64,000 nucleotides of DNA from Candidatus Latescibacterota bacterium (GCA_964291625.2 OZ220089.1:736001-800000), one strand, 5' to 3'. Shown: positions 25,889-35,914, numbered from the stretch's first letter. Numbers and translations are program-made. Notes: generated by a model from the sequence alone, not told the origin.

Positions 25889-26775
25889 GCGCTCCCGCCC
25901 TCCGGCTCGATCGACTGCAGGTGGTGGAGGTAGGCGTCCTCGAGGCCGGGGGCGGCCGCTTCGGCCGAGGCCGCCGGCGGCTCGGCGGCCACCAGGCGGA
26001 CCTCGTATCCGTCGACCGACGGCACCGTGGAGACCACGGCGAAGCGCTCCTTCAGCCCGTCCAGCTCGGCGTGGGTCGCCGCCACCTTCCAGACTCGGTC
26101 CCGGGCCGAGTCGATCAGGCCCGCCGGCGGCCCCCGCCAGGAGATCCGTCCCCGGTTCAGCAGCGCCATGTCGGTGCAGGTCGAGGAGATGTCCCCGACG
26201 ATGTGGGTGGAGAGGAGGATGACGATCCCGCCCCGGGCCAGGTCGGCCAGCAGGTTGCGGAAGCGCAGCCGCTCCTGGGGGTCGAGCCCCACCGTGGGCT
26301 CGTCCACCACCAGGATCGAGGGATCGCCGATCAGGGTCTGGGCGATGCCGAGGCGGCGCTTCATGCCGCCCGAGAGCTTGCCCGCCTGCCGGTCCCGCAC
26401 CTCGAAGAGGCCCACCAGCTCCAGGAGCCGGTCGATGCCCTCGCGGCGCTCGCGGCGGCCCAGGCCGCGAAGGCACGCCTGGTAGTCGAGGACCTCCCAC
26501 GCCGCCAGCCGCGGGAAGCGGCTGAACTCCTGGGGCAGGTAGCTGACCATGCGCCGCACCTGCGCCCGGTGGCGGTCGATGTCCAGGCCGTCGACCCGAA
26601 CGCGGCCGGAGGTCGCCTTCAGCAGGGTGACGAGGATGCGGATGAGGGTGGTCTTGCCGGCGCCGTTGGGCCCGAGGAGGCCGAACATGCCGCTGCCGAT
26701 CTCCAGGTCCACGTCCCTGAGGGCGTGGAAGCCGCCGCGGTAGCGCTTGGTCAGCCCCTGTATCTCGATTCTCAT
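25885..26775 (-). CDS. ABC transporter ATP-binding protein (296 aa)
   Basis: MRIEIQGLTKRY; GPNGAGKTT; YLPQ; LSGGMKRR; LVVDEPT; LSTH. Confidence 0.95.
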   Translation of the reverse strand: MRIEIQGLTKRYRGGFHALRDVDLEIGSGMFGLLGPNGAGKTTLIRILVTLLKATSGRVRVDGLDIDRHRAQVRRMVSYLPQEFSRFPRLAAWEVLDYQACLRGLGRRERREGIDRLLELVGLFEVRDRQAGKLSGGMKRRLGIAQTLIGDPSILVVDEPTVGLDPQERLRFRNLLADLARGGIVILLSTHIVGDISSTCTDMALLNRGRISWRGPPAGLIDSARDRVWKVAATHAELDGLKERFAVVSTVPSVDGYEVRLVAAEPPAASAEAAAPGLEDAYLHHLQSIEPEGGSA

Positions 26776-26884
26776 GCCAGTGATTCCGGTGGGGCCAAGG
26801 AACCCCCGGAACCCGGACTCTCGCAAGGGGCGAGGTCCCGCCGCCGGGCGGGGGCGGCGCCACGGCCCGGACCTTCAGACGGCG

Positions 26885-27229
26885 GCCGGGGGCGCCGCCA
26901 CCTCTCAGACGTCCAGGCGCCGGCCGAGATCCTCCAGGGCGCGGGACCAGCGCCCGGGGGCGCCGCCGGGCCTCAGACGTCCAGCTGCCGCCCAGATCCT
27001 CCAGGGCCCGGGACCAGCGGCCGGGGGGCGCCGCCGGGCCTCAGACGTCCAGCTGCCAACCGAGATCCTCCAGGGCCCGGGACCAGCAGCCGGGGGCGCC
27101 GCCGGGCCTCAGGCGTCCAGCTGCCGGCCGAGATCCTCCGAGGCGCGGGACCAGCAGCCGGGGGGCGCCGCCGGGCCTCAGGCGTCCAGCTGCCGGCCCA
27201 GATCCTCCAGGGCCCGGGACCACCGGCCG
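26885..27229. repeat. Tandem array of five ~68-bp units derived from the 3' end of the epimerase gene
   Basis: Units beginning TCAG(A/G)CGTCCAG at 26905, 26973, 27041, 27109 and 27178 (periods 68, 68, 68, 69); the last unit carries the gene's real stop codon. Confidence 0.92.
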
Positions 27230-28278
27230 GCGAAGTCGATCTCGGCGGGCCGCTCCTCTCCGTGTTTGGCGGTGGACAGGCGCCCGGGGTCGGCCGCGTA
27301 CCACTCGACGGTCCGGCGGGTCCACTCCTCCCCGGAGAGGCGGTAGTCCAGGCCGATGTCGGCCTGGGCCTTGTCGAGGTTCATCAGCAGCGGGCAGGAG
27401 CTGAAGGGGGCGAAGGACCACTCCCTCCACGGCAGGCCCGAGTGGCGCTCCAGGACCTCCGAGGGGACGGAGACGGGGCGCAGCGGCCGGTCCGCGGCCT
27501 CGGCCATGATCCGCAGCCAGTTGACCAGGGACGGAGATTCCGCCTGGGCGTAGTTGTAGGTGTTGCGCGGCGGACCGTCCTCCAGGAGCCGCACCAGGAA
27601 GCGGGCCAGGTCCTCGGAGAAGCCGACCTGGACGGCGTGGACGCCGCCGTCGGGCAGCAGGATCGGGCCGCCGTCGAGGATCCGCGTCAGCCACCAGGCG
27701 AAGCGGCCCGAGGGATCGGCCGGGCCCAGGGTGGCCGGCACGCGCACGACGATCCAGGGCCAGTCGGCGGGCGACTCCAGCATGACCCGCTCCATCATGC
27801 GCTTGCCCTCGCCGTACTCATCGACCTCGTCCCGGTACTCCCAGGACTGGCCGGAGACGTCGAGGTCGGCCTCGCGCACCGGCTCGAGGCGGCGGTAGTC
27901 GACGGCGAAGCGCTCCTCGTCGGCGAGGGGCTCGGCCGCCGTGGACCGGCGGAAGGAGTGGCCGGCCTCGCCGTAGACCGAGACGGTGCTGGCCACGACG
28001 TAGCGGCCGACGCGGCCCCGCAGGGCGCGGACGGCGCTCTCGGCCTCCCGGCGGTTGAAGCACTGGTTGTCGATGACCCCGTCGAAGCGGCGGCCCTCCA
28101 GCCTGCGGGCGAGGCCGTCGGCGTCCTCGCGGTCGCCCTCGATGTGCTCGATGTCGTCCCAGAACCCGGGCCGTGAGTTGCCGCGGCTGAAGATCGAGAC
28201 GCGATGGCCGGCCTCCAGCATCTGCTCGACCGCGGCCAGTCCGAAGTACCCCGTGCCTCCCAAGACCAGAACGTCCAC
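27178..28278 (-). CDS. NAD-dependent epimerase/dehydratase family protein
   Basis: Rossmann motif VLVLGGTGYFG; ASTVSVYG; YGEGK (YxxxK). Confidence 0.9.
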   Translation of the reverse strand: MDVLVLGGTGYFGLAAVEQMLEAGHRVSIFSRGNSRPGFWDDIEHIEGDREDADGLARRLEGRRFDGVIDNQCFNRREAESAVRALRGRVGRYVVASTVSVYGEAGHSFRRSTAAEPLADEERFAVDYRRLEPVREADLDVSGQSWEYRDEVDEYGEGKRMMERVMLESPADWPWIVVRVPATLGPADPSGRFAWWLTRILDGGPILLPDGGVHAVQVGFSEDLARFLVRLLEDGPPRNTYNYAQAESPSLVNWLRIMAEAADRPLRPVSVPSEVLERHSGLPWREWSFAPFSSCPLLMNLDKAQADIGLDYRLSGEEWTRRTVEWYAADPGRLSTAKHGEERPAEIDFAGRWSRALEDLGRQLDA

Positions 28279-28305
28279 CCGGCTCTCCTTTCCTCGGGCC
28301 GGCGG

Positions 28306-29265
28306 TCAGCCGGCCGGTCTCTGCATGAAACGGCGGAGCCGCCACAGCCGCGACGGCGTCTTGCTGACGAGATGATAGGGGACCTGGCGGGCGCCGAAGG
28401 CGCGGAAGAAGCGCTCCACCGGCTCGAGCATGGAGCCCTCGAAGTCGAAGCGCCGGGTCACCGCCGCGGCGTGGCGGATGGCGTGCCACAGGCACAGACT
28501 GGTGGCCCCGCTGGTGCGCAGCTCCGGGTCCCCGCCCCCGATCAGGTAGTAGGCGCTGTCCTCGTCCCAGACGACGTAGGCGCCGGCGTGGGCGCGCCCC
28601 TCGCCGTCCTCGGCGATCCAGATGCGGCGGCAGCCGCGGGACTCGCAGGCGCGGTCGATGCTCTCGACGATCCCGGGCCCATAGGGGACGGGCCGCCCCT
28701 GTCTGGCGAAGGTCTTGCGGTTGAGTTCGTGCAGCTCCGCGGGCGAATCGGCGCCGCGCACGGTCAGGCCGTGGCGGCCCTCGGCCTTGCGGATCTCGCG
28801 GCGGGTGTTCTCCCGCAGGTCGGCCCACAGGGAGGCCTCGTCGCGCAGGTCGGGGAGGACGTAGGTGTAGCGCGTCGTCTGCGAGAACCCCCGCCAGTAG
28901 AAGGGGAGCCAGTTGGCGACGCCGTGGTGCCACCCCTGCTCGAAGTGGGCGAAGGGCGGCAGCCGGTCGATGAGGGCCGTCATGACCCGCTTCTGGCGCT
29001 CCAGGGTCCCCGCCGGCCCGGCGTCCGTCTCCCGCACCCAGGGGCCGAGGGTCTGGGTCAGGGGCGGCTGCACGAGCAGGGTCAGCCCCAGACCCCGGCG
29101 CGCGTAGTACGGCAGGGCGCCGGCCACGGCTCCGCCCTCCTCGACGACGGCCGCGTCCCAGTGCTCGGGACCGCAGACCGCGTCGAGCCACCAGTCCCGG
29201 CAGAACAGGGGCAGGTGGACCCCCTCCTCCCGCATCAGGGAACGGTAGGCGTCCTTGTCACTCAT
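28306..29265 (-). CDS. GNAT-family (FemAB/Acetyltransf_6-like) acyltransferase
   Basis: PPLTQTLGPW, NWLPFYWRGF, TTRYTY, RREIRKAE, FDFEGSM...FFRAFGA. Confidence 0.85.
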   Translation of the reverse strand: MSDKDAYRSLMREEGVHLPLFCRDWWLDAVCGPEHWDAAVVEEGGAVAGALPYYARRGLGLTLLVQPPLTQTLGPWVRETDAGPAGTLERQKRVMTALIDRLPPFAHFEQGWHHGVANWLPFYWRGFSQTTRYTYVLPDLRDEASLWADLRENTRREIRKAEGRHGLTVRGADSPAELHELNRKTFARQGRPVPYGPGIVESIDRACESRGCRRIWIAEDGEGRAHAGAYVVWDEDSAYYLIGGGDPELRTSGATSLCLWHAIRHAAAVTRRFDFEGSMLEPVERFFRAFGARQVPYHLVSKTPSRLWRLRRFMQRPAG

Positions 29266-29405
29266 CTGGGTCGGCGGTCTCGCCTTCCAAAGGCTGGCGT
29301 CCGTTGCTCGCGATGTACGGGGGCGCTACTATGGCCTAGCATAGCGAAGCAGGCGGCAGCGGCAAGCCTCGGGCCCTTTCGAAACCCTTCCCCGACGGAT
29401 CGCGA

Positions 29406-30242
29406 ATGCTCATCGGCGGCTTCACCCGGATCTTCGACCGCCCCTCCTTCGAGGAGGTCCTCGACGCAGCCGCCGGCCACGGCCTCCAAGCCCTCCAGCT
29501 CAACCTCGAGTCCGCAGGCCTGCCGCCGATGCCCGACCGCCTCGACCCGAACCTCTGCCGCCGGGTCCGCCGCGAGGTCGAGTCGCGGGGGCTGACCCTG
29601 GCCGCGGTCTCCGGCACCTTCAACATCCTCCACCCGGACCTGGAGGAGCGCGCCCGCAACTTCCGCAGCCTGCGCGCGCTGGCCGACGCCTGCCCGGCCC
29701 TGGGGGCGCCGCGGATCACGTTCTCCACCGGCACCCGCAACGCCGACTACATGTGGGCCTCCCATCCCGACAACGGATCTCCCGAGGCCTGGTCCGACAT
29801 GCTCGAGGCCATGGCCGAGGCCGTGGAGACCGCCGCCGAACACGGGGTGCCCCTCGTCTTCGAGCCCGAGGTCTCCAACATCGTCGACTCGGCGCCGAAG
29901 GCCCGGCGGCTCCTCGACCACTTCGACTCCCCCTTCCTCAAGGTCGTCATCGACGGCGCCAACCTCTTCGGCGCCGGGGACCTGCCGCGCATGGCCGAGG
30001 TTCTGGACGAGGCCTTCGACCTGCTCGGCCCCGACATCGAGATGGCCCACGCCAAGGACCTGGTGCGCGACGGCGAGGCCGGCCACGTGGCCGCGGGCAC
30101 GGGCCTGCTCGACTACGAGCGCTACCTGCGCCGCCTGCGCGAGGCCGGCTTCGATGGCGCCCTCGTCCTCCACAGCCTCGACGAGGAGCAGGTGCCCGCT
30201 TCGGTGAGGTTCCTGCGGCAGACCCTGGAGCGCATCGGCTGA
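29406..30242 (+). CDS. Sugar phosphate isomerase/epimerase (xylose isomerase-like TIM barrel)
   Basis: LVFEPE, VVIDGAN, MAHAKD, AGTGLLDY. Confidence 0.88.
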   Translation: MLIGGFTRIFDRPSFEEVLDAAAGHGLQALQLNLESAGLPPMPDRLDPNLCRRVRREVESRGLTLAAVSGTFNILHPDLEERARNFRSLRALADACPALGAPRITFSTGTRNADYMWASHPDNGSPEAWSDMLEAMAEAVETAAEHGVPLVFEPEVSNIVDSAPKARRLLDHFDSPFLKVVIDGANLFGAGDLPRMAEVLDEAFDLLGPDIEMAHAKDLVRDGEAGHVAAGTGLLDYERYLRRLREAGFDGALVLHSLDEEQVPASVRFLRQTLERIG

Positions 30243-30249
30243 GGCCGCC

Positions 30250-31587
30250 ATGTCGAAGGACGAGAACGCCCTCTTCCTGAAGAACCCCGCCGGCGACTAC
30301 CCGACCATCGTCCGCGGCGAGGGCATCCATCTCCACGACGATCAGGGCCGGCGCTGGATCGACGGCGCCGCCGGCGCCAGCAACGTCACCCTGGGCCACG
30401 GACGTGCGGACATCGCCCGCGTCCTGGGGGAGCAGGCGGAGACCCTGGCCTACGCCTTCTCCATCCACTTCGAGAGCCGGCCCGCCCGCGACTATGCCGC
30501 GCGGCTGACGGCCCTGGCCCCTGGGGACCTGAACAAGGCCTACTTCGTCTCCGGCGGCTCCGAGGCGATCGAGTCGGCCATGAAGATCGCCCGCCAGTAC
30601 CACCTGCTGAGAGGGAACGAGGGCAAGCAGCTGCTGATCTCGCGCTGGGGGGGCTACCACGGCGGCACCCTCGGGGCCATGTCCCTCAGCGGCGTGCCGG
30701 GCCCGCGGGCGCCCTTCGCCCCCTGGCTCGCCGACTTCCCCCACATCGCCCCCTGCTATCCCTACCGCTGCCGCTTCGAGGGCTGTGACGGCGTCTGCAA
30801 TCTCAGCTGCGCCGACGACCTGGAGGTCGAGATCCGCCGCCGCGGGCCGGAGAACGTGGCCGCCTTCGTCTGCGAGCCCGTGCCGATCGCGGCCTTCGTC
30901 TGCGGCGTGCCGCCGGAGGGCTACTTCGCCCGCGTGCGCGAGATCTGCGACCGCCACGACGTGCTCTTCATCGCCGACGAGATCGTCACCGGCTTCGGCC
31001 GCAGCGGCCGCCTCTTCGCCATGGAGCACTGGGGCGTGCAGCCCGACATGATCGTCTTCGGCAAGGGGGCCAGCAGCGGCTACATCCCCCTCGGAGGCGT
31101 GCTCATGCGGCAGGCCGTGGCCGATGCCTTCGCCGAGGCCGGCCAGGAGTTCCTCCACATCTTCACCTACGTCAACAACCCCGTGGCCATGCGCGTGGGG
31201 CTGGAGGTCCTCGACATCATCGAGCGCGAGGAGATCCTCGCCCGCGTCACCGATCTGGCCGCCCATCTGGAGCACCGGTCCCGGCGCTTCCTCGACCGTC
31301 CCAGCGTCGGCGAGGTCCGCACCTTCGGGCTGATCCTGGGCATCGAGCTGGTGCGGGACCGGGAGAGCCGCCAGCCCTTCCCCGCCGCCGCCGGGTTCTC
31401 GCGCCGGGTGGCCGGCCACATGCGCGACCGCGGCCTCAACGGCGGGTCCACCACCGGCTGCGCCGACGGCGTCGACGGCGACGACCTCCGCTTCTACCCA
31501 CCCCTGACCATCACCCGGCCCGAGCTGGACACCCTCCTCGACATCGTCGAGGACTCGCTGGCCGCCGCCGAGAAGGAGGTCCTGTAG
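30250..31587 (+). CDS. Class III aminotransferase (PLP-dependent)
   Basis: SGGSEAIESAMK, YHGGT, FIADEIVTGFGRSG, PLP lysine in FGKGASSGY. Confidence 0.93.
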   Translation: MSKDENALFLKNPAGDYPTIVRGEGIHLHDDQGRRWIDGAAGASNVTLGHGRADIARVLGEQAETLAYAFSIHFESRPARDYAARLTALAPGDLNKAYFVSGGSEAIESAMKIARQYHLLRGNEGKQLLISRWGGYHGGTLGAMSLSGVPGPRAPFAPWLADFPHIAPCYPYRCRFEGCDGVCNLSCADDLEVEIRRRGPENVAAFVCEPVPIAAFVCGVPPEGYFARVREICDRHDVLFIADEIVTGFGRSGRLFAMEHWGVQPDMIVFGKGASSGYIPLGGVLMRQAVADAFAEAGQEFLHIFTYVNNPVAMRVGLEVLDIIEREEILARVTDLAAHLEHRSRRFLDRPSVGEVRTFGLILGIELVRDRESRQPFPAAAGFSRRVAGHMRDRGLNGGSTTGCADGVDGDDLRFYPPLTITRPELDTLLDIVEDSLAAAEKEVL

Positions 31588-31589
31588 CC

Positions 31590-33608
31590 ATGGCCGAGAG
31601 CAGGAGACTCCGGCGCGCGGCGCTGCTCAGCTTTCCGAGGGTGGCCCTCAACGAGGAAACCCTCGACCGGATCGTGGAGGAAGGGTTCACCGACGTCGGC
31701 GCCGGCCTGGTGGAGCTGCCCAAGGGCTACCACGGCTTCTCCATGGAGCTGGGGGAGCGGCTGGGCCGGATGTGCGAGGAGCGCGGCCTCGGCTACATCG
31801 CCTTCACCGGCTACATGAAGTACCAGGAGGCCCTGCTGGCGGCGGAGCCCCGGCGGCTCATGCACCTGGCCGGCGACGGCGCGGTGCAGGACCTCGACGG
31901 GCTGCGGGTGCGGTGGCTGTGCCCCTTCCGGCCCGAGAACAAGGCCTGGTACCTGGACCAGCTCATGGAGGTCTGCCGCTGGCCGGCGGTGGTCGAGATC
32001 CATCTCAACGACGAGGCCTCCCTCGGCTTCGGGGACGGCACCATCGGCTGCTACTGCGACTTCTGCCGGTCCGAGTTCCGAACCGCCACGGGCCGCGAGC
32101 CACCCACCTCGCGCGACTGGGACGACCCCCTGTGGTACGCCTGGCTGGAGGCGCGGTTCGACAACTGGCAGGCCGTGCACTCGGAGCTGCGCGCCGCCAT
32201 CAAGGAGGTCCGGCCCGACGTGGTGGTGGGCATCCAGCACAGCCCCGTCGTCCCCGAGCGCAACTACAACGCCTGGCAGACCGGCATCCGCCTGGGCCGC
32301 GACGCCATCGCCCACGACGTCATCGCAACCGACCCCTACCACTACAACCACCACCATCTCATCCTGCACCGGCCCCACCGCCGCATCCTCTCCGAGACGA
32401 CGCGCAGCCTCGTGGCCGCCTGCCTGGACCGCCAGGTCGACATCTACCCCCAGGGCTTCATGCCGCCGTCCCAGGCGGTGCCCATGGGCCGCCAGGACGG
32501 GCTGCTGGCCGCGGTCGTGCCCTTCGCCCTGGGCGCCGACCTGGTGATGCCCTACACCTACGAGCAGATGAAGATCATCCCGGGGTTCTTCGAGGCCTTC
32601 GACGAGGCCCGGCGGCTGATGCCGGCCTTCGCCTGCCACCGGCCTTACGCCTTCGCCACCATGCTCATGCCCCAGCAGTCCGAGATCTACGGCCATCACG
32701 CCTCGGCCTGGGGGCACGGCGGCCTCCTCACCATGGTGGACCTGCTCTACCGGACCGGCCTGCCGTGGCAATGGTTCTGGGACGAGCGCCTCGACGACGC
32801 CGGCGATCACCTGCGGGGCCCGCTGATCTTGCCCGAGACCCACTGCCTCACGGCCAGCCAGATCGAGCGCATCGAGGCTCTCGCCGCGGCCGGCGAGGGC
32901 CTGCTGCGGGTCGGCAACCGGCCGGAGGGCCCCTGGGAGGGCCGCGGCCCCTGCCCGCTGCCTCAACAGATCCACTCGGGCGCCTTCGAGATGGAGCTGC
33001 GCGGCGGCCATCCGCTGACCGACGGCCTGGAGCACCCGGTGATCCTCGCCACGAGGGTGGACGGCCCGGGCCCGGAGGGCGAGGTCCTCGGCACGGTGGA
33101 GGGCCGGCCGGCGCTGGTCCTGGCGGAGGAGGGGGGCCGCCGGGAGGTCTGGCTGGCCGGCATGCCGGCGGTCACCTGGACCGGGAGGATCCCCGCCAGC
33201 TCCCTCCTCGAGGAGACCAGCAACGTGGAACTGCTGCGGCGGCTGGTCCTGTGGGCCTCGGGGCGCCGGCCCCTGGCGCGGCTGGACCCCTTCCCGCCGG
33301 AGGACGACTACCGCAGCCTGAGGCCCGCCGACCGGCGCGCCGTGCCCACCCTGGAGCTGCTCCCCATGACCGCGGAGGACTCGCTGCTGGCCATCGTGTT
33401 CCCCTACACGCCGGTGGGCTGCCGCACGTCGCTGGTGATCGAGCCGCCGGAGGGCCGGAGCCTGGGGCCGGTGCGGGAGATCTGGACCGGGCAGGACTGG
33501 AGCGGCCGCGTGGAGGCGGGGCCGGACGGCGCGGCGCGTATCCCCCTCGACATCCCCGGCGACTGCGACCTGCTGGCCCTTCAGGTGACACTGGAGGAGG
33601 ATCGATGA
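31590..33608 (+). CDS. Putative glycoside hydrolase (GH42/GHL-like barrel plus trimerisation-like domain)
   Basis: LCPFRP, HLNDE, Zn-type CYCDFCRSEF; architecture resembles beta-galactosidase-like proteins; no signal peptide. Confidence 0.6.
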   Translation: MAESRRLRRAALLSFPRVALNEETLDRIVEEGFTDVGAGLVELPKGYHGFSMELGERLGRMCEERGLGYIAFTGYMKYQEALLAAEPRRLMHLAGDGAVQDLDGLRVRWLCPFRPENKAWYLDQLMEVCRWPAVVEIHLNDEASLGFGDGTIGCYCDFCRSEFRTATGREPPTSRDWDDPLWYAWLEARFDNWQAVHSELRAAIKEVRPDVVVGIQHSPVVPERNYNAWQTGIRLGRDAIAHDVIATDPYHYNHHHLILHRPHRRILSETTRSLVAACLDRQVDIYPQGFMPPSQAVPMGRQDGLLAAVVPFALGADLVMPYTYEQMKIIPGFFEAFDEARRLMPAFACHRPYAFATMLMPQQSEIYGHHASAWGHGGLLTMVDLLYRTGLPWQWFWDERLDDAGDHLRGPLILPETHCLTASQIERIEALAAAGEGLLRVGNRPEGPWEGRGPCPLPQQIHSGAFEMELRGGHPLTDGLEHPVILATRVDGPGPEGEVLGTVEGRPALVLAEEGGRREVWLAGMPAVTWTGRIPASSLLEETSNVELLRRLVLWASGRRPLARLDPFPPEDDYRSLRPADRRAVPTLELLPMTAEDSLLAIVFPYTPVGCRTSLVIEPPEGRSLGPVREIWTGQDWSGRVEAGPDGAARIPLDIPGDCDLLALQVTLEEDR

Positions 33609-35029
33609 GCGAGAGCTGGAACATCGTCGTCGTCGTGGCGGACACCTTCCGCACCGGCTATCTCGGCGCCTACGGCAACGACTGGGTCCACACGCCCAAC
33701 CTGGACCGCTTCGCCGCCGAGGGCGTGCGCTTCACCAACGCCCATCCCGAGTGCCTGCCCACCATCCCCACGCGCCGCACCCTGCACTCGGGCCGCCGGG
33801 CCTTCCCCTTCCCCACCTATTCGCCGGTGCCCTGGGACAACGTCTACATCCCCGGCTGGCAGCCGATGTCGGCCGACGAGCCGGCCGTGGCCGAGGACCT
33901 CGCCCGCGGCGGCTACCACACCGGCTTCTTCGCCGACGTGCCCCACTACTTCGTGCCGGGGATGAACTTCACCCGCGGCTTCCGGCAGTGGGAGTTCGTG
34001 CGGGGCCAGGCCGAGGACCGCTACCGGGCCGCCGCCCGCGCCGACGAGGCCCTGGTCTCGCGCTACCAGGGCAACCCGAACCGGATCCGCGCCCACCTGG
34101 TCAACGTGCAGCCCCACCGGCCCGAGGAGACCTGGCCCACGGCGCGGCTCTTCCGCTCGGCCATCGAGTTCGTGGAGCAGAACGCCGGCAACGCGCCCTT
34201 CTACCTCTACGTGGACGGATTCACCCCCCACGAGACCTGGGAGGCGCCGCTGCACTACTACGACCTCTACGGCCGCCGCGAGGACCGCGAGCCCGTCCTC
34301 CTCAACCTGCCCTACCGCCCCCTCGACGACGAGGCCGTCGAGGCCCGCCTGGAGAGCGTCAAGGCCAACTACGCCGGCCTGGTGACCCTCGTCGACACCT
34401 GGTTCGGCAAGCTGGTGGGGACGATCGACCGGCTGGGGCTGAAGGAGAGCACCCTCGTCATCTTCCTCAGCGACCACGGGACCAACTTCGCCGACAACGC
34501 CGAGCGGGTCACCGGGAAGCCGGCGGGCTACATGTACCCCGGCACCATGGACATCCCCCTGCTCGTGCGCCATCCCTCCGGCGCAAACGCCGGGACCGCG
34601 TGCGACGAGCTGGTCTACACGCTCGACGTGCCCGCCACGGTGATCGCCGCGAGCCGGGCGGAAACGGCCGGCGAGATCGAGGGGCAGAGCCTGCTGCCAC
34701 TGGTGGAGGGAACGCCGGGGTTCAGTCCCCGCGAGTACCTGACCTGCCGCTACGGCAACTTCGTGTGGTACAAGGACGGGAAGAATTGGTACTTCTCGGA
34801 CGTCGACTTCCAGGGGCCGCGGCTCTTCGACCTCGAGGCGGATCCGGAGTGCGGGGAGAACATCGCCGCCCGGGACCCCGACAGGATCTCCCTCGCCCGG
34901 GAGCGCATCCTGGCCGACGCCGGGGGCCGCCTGCCCCGCTACGAGCACCGGGGCACCGACGCCCTCGGCCGGCCCGAGTACGCCGAACAGCAGACACAAC
35001 CGACACAACAGACGGGAGGAACGGCATGA
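33605..35029 (+). CDS. Sulfatase/alkaline-phosphatase-superfamily hydrolase (474 aa)
   Basis: ATGA overlap; NIVVVVADTFR, HTPNLDRFA, TIPTRRTLHSGR, TPHE, VIFLSDHG, LFDLEADP. Confidence 0.88.
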   Translation: MSESWNIVVVVADTFRTGYLGAYGNDWVHTPNLDRFAAEGVRFTNAHPECLPTIPTRRTLHSGRRAFPFPTYSPVPWDNVYIPGWQPMSADEPAVAEDLARGGYHTGFFADVPHYFVPGMNFTRGFRQWEFVRGQAEDRYRAAARADEALVSRYQGNPNRIRAHLVNVQPHRPEETWPTARLFRSAIEFVEQNAGNAPFYLYVDGFTPHETWEAPLHYYDLYGRREDREPVLLNLPYRPLDDEAVEARLESVKANYAGLVTLVDTWFGKLVGTIDRLGLKESTLVIFLSDHGTNFADNAERVTGKPAGYMYPGTMDIPLLVRHPSGANAGTACDELVYTLDVPATVIAASRAETAGEIEGQSLLPLVEGTPGFSPREYLTCRYGNFVWYKDGKNWYFSDVDFQGPRLFDLEADPECGENIAARDPDRISLARERILADAGGRLPRYEHRGTDALGRPEYAEQQTQPTQQTGGTA

Positions 35030-35832
35030 AACTCAGCTTCCACACCTGCGGCCTCGAATGGTGGTCCCTCGAGGACGCGATCAACGAGCTGGCCGACATC
35101 GGCTACGACGCCTGCGGGCCGATCCTCGCCCCCGGCGGCCACGTCGATCCGGACAAGATCACCAGCAGCGAGATCGAGCGGTACAAGCAGCTCGCCGCCG
35201 ACCGCAACCTGGCGATCAGCACCCTGAACCCCTGGAAGATCGGCGGCTTCTCCACCAAGGTGGAGAGCGGCGAGACGGAGCGGTTCTTCCGGCGCGCCCT
35301 CGACCTGGCCGCCGAGTTCGGCGCCGGCAGCGTGAAGTTCCTGGCCGGCAGCCACCCCGACGGGGAGATGGACGGCTGGAAGGCGATGGTCAAGGTCTGC
35401 AAGCGGCTCTGCCACCACGCCGAGCAGGTCGGCGTCGACCTGCTCATGCAGAACCACGAGAACCAGCTCATCGACACCTCCAACTGCTTCGCCCTGCTGC
35501 GCCACCACGTCGGGTCCGAGCGCCTCCAGGCCACCCTCGACGTCTCCAACATGGCGATCCTCATGGAGGACCCCTGCCGCGCCATCCACGACCACGCCGA
35601 CAACATCCGCTACGTCCGCATCAAGGGCATGCTCCTCCACTACCCCTACGCCACCCAGTGCGCTCCCGGCGCGCCCGGCGACATCGTCGACTGGAAGGCG
35701 GTCTTCACGGCGCTGAAGGACGTGGGCTACACCGGCTACATCGAGCCCGTCACCTATCCGTGGTTCCCGCCCGACTTCCACCGGACCAACTACGAGTGGT
35801 GCCGCGAGCTGGCGGCGGAGGTGGGGCTGTAG
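35026..35832 (+). CDS. Sugar phosphate isomerase/epimerase (268 aa)
   Basis: GGAGG RBS and ATGA overlap; 3' part of ORF 33751..35832; MQNHE, TLDVSN, YVRIKG, GYTGYIE. Confidence 0.82.
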   Translation: MKLSFHTCGLEWWSLEDAINELADIGYDACGPILAPGGHVDPDKITSSEIERYKQLAADRNLAISTLNPWKIGGFSTKVESGETERFFRRALDLAAEFGAGSVKFLAGSHPDGEMDGWKAMVKVCKRLCHHAEQVGVDLLMQNHENQLIDTSNCFALLRHHVGSERLQATLDVSNMAILMEDPCRAIHDHADNIRYVRIKGMLLHYPYATQCAPGAPGDIVDWKAVFTALKDVGYTGYIEPVTYPWFPPDFHRTNYEWCRELAAEVGL

Positions 35833-35914
35833 GGAGTAGCCGGGGGGCCGCGGGCCTGCACCGGCTCGCGGCCAACCCTCGCCTCTCCGGACCGAGAGAT
35901 CCCGGCGAGTGATT

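Noticed and set aside
25889-26863. N-terminal extension of the 1440-aa ORF
   Set aside because: It overlaps the ABC ATPase in another frame; the real start is ATG 25888
26885-27229. Possible CRISPR array
   Set aside because: Whole units are near-identical with no unique spacers, they derive from a gene 3' end, and there are no cas genes in the window
31772-35025. 1085-aa and 693-aa ORFs as large fusion proteins
   Set aside because: Their 5' parts are off-frame shadows; the true starts are ATG 33605 and 35026, each with an RBS and ATGA overlap
34939-35914. Full-length 415-aa sigma factor
   Set aside because: Only ~70 aa resemble an ECF sigma; the rest is antisense to the isomerase gene
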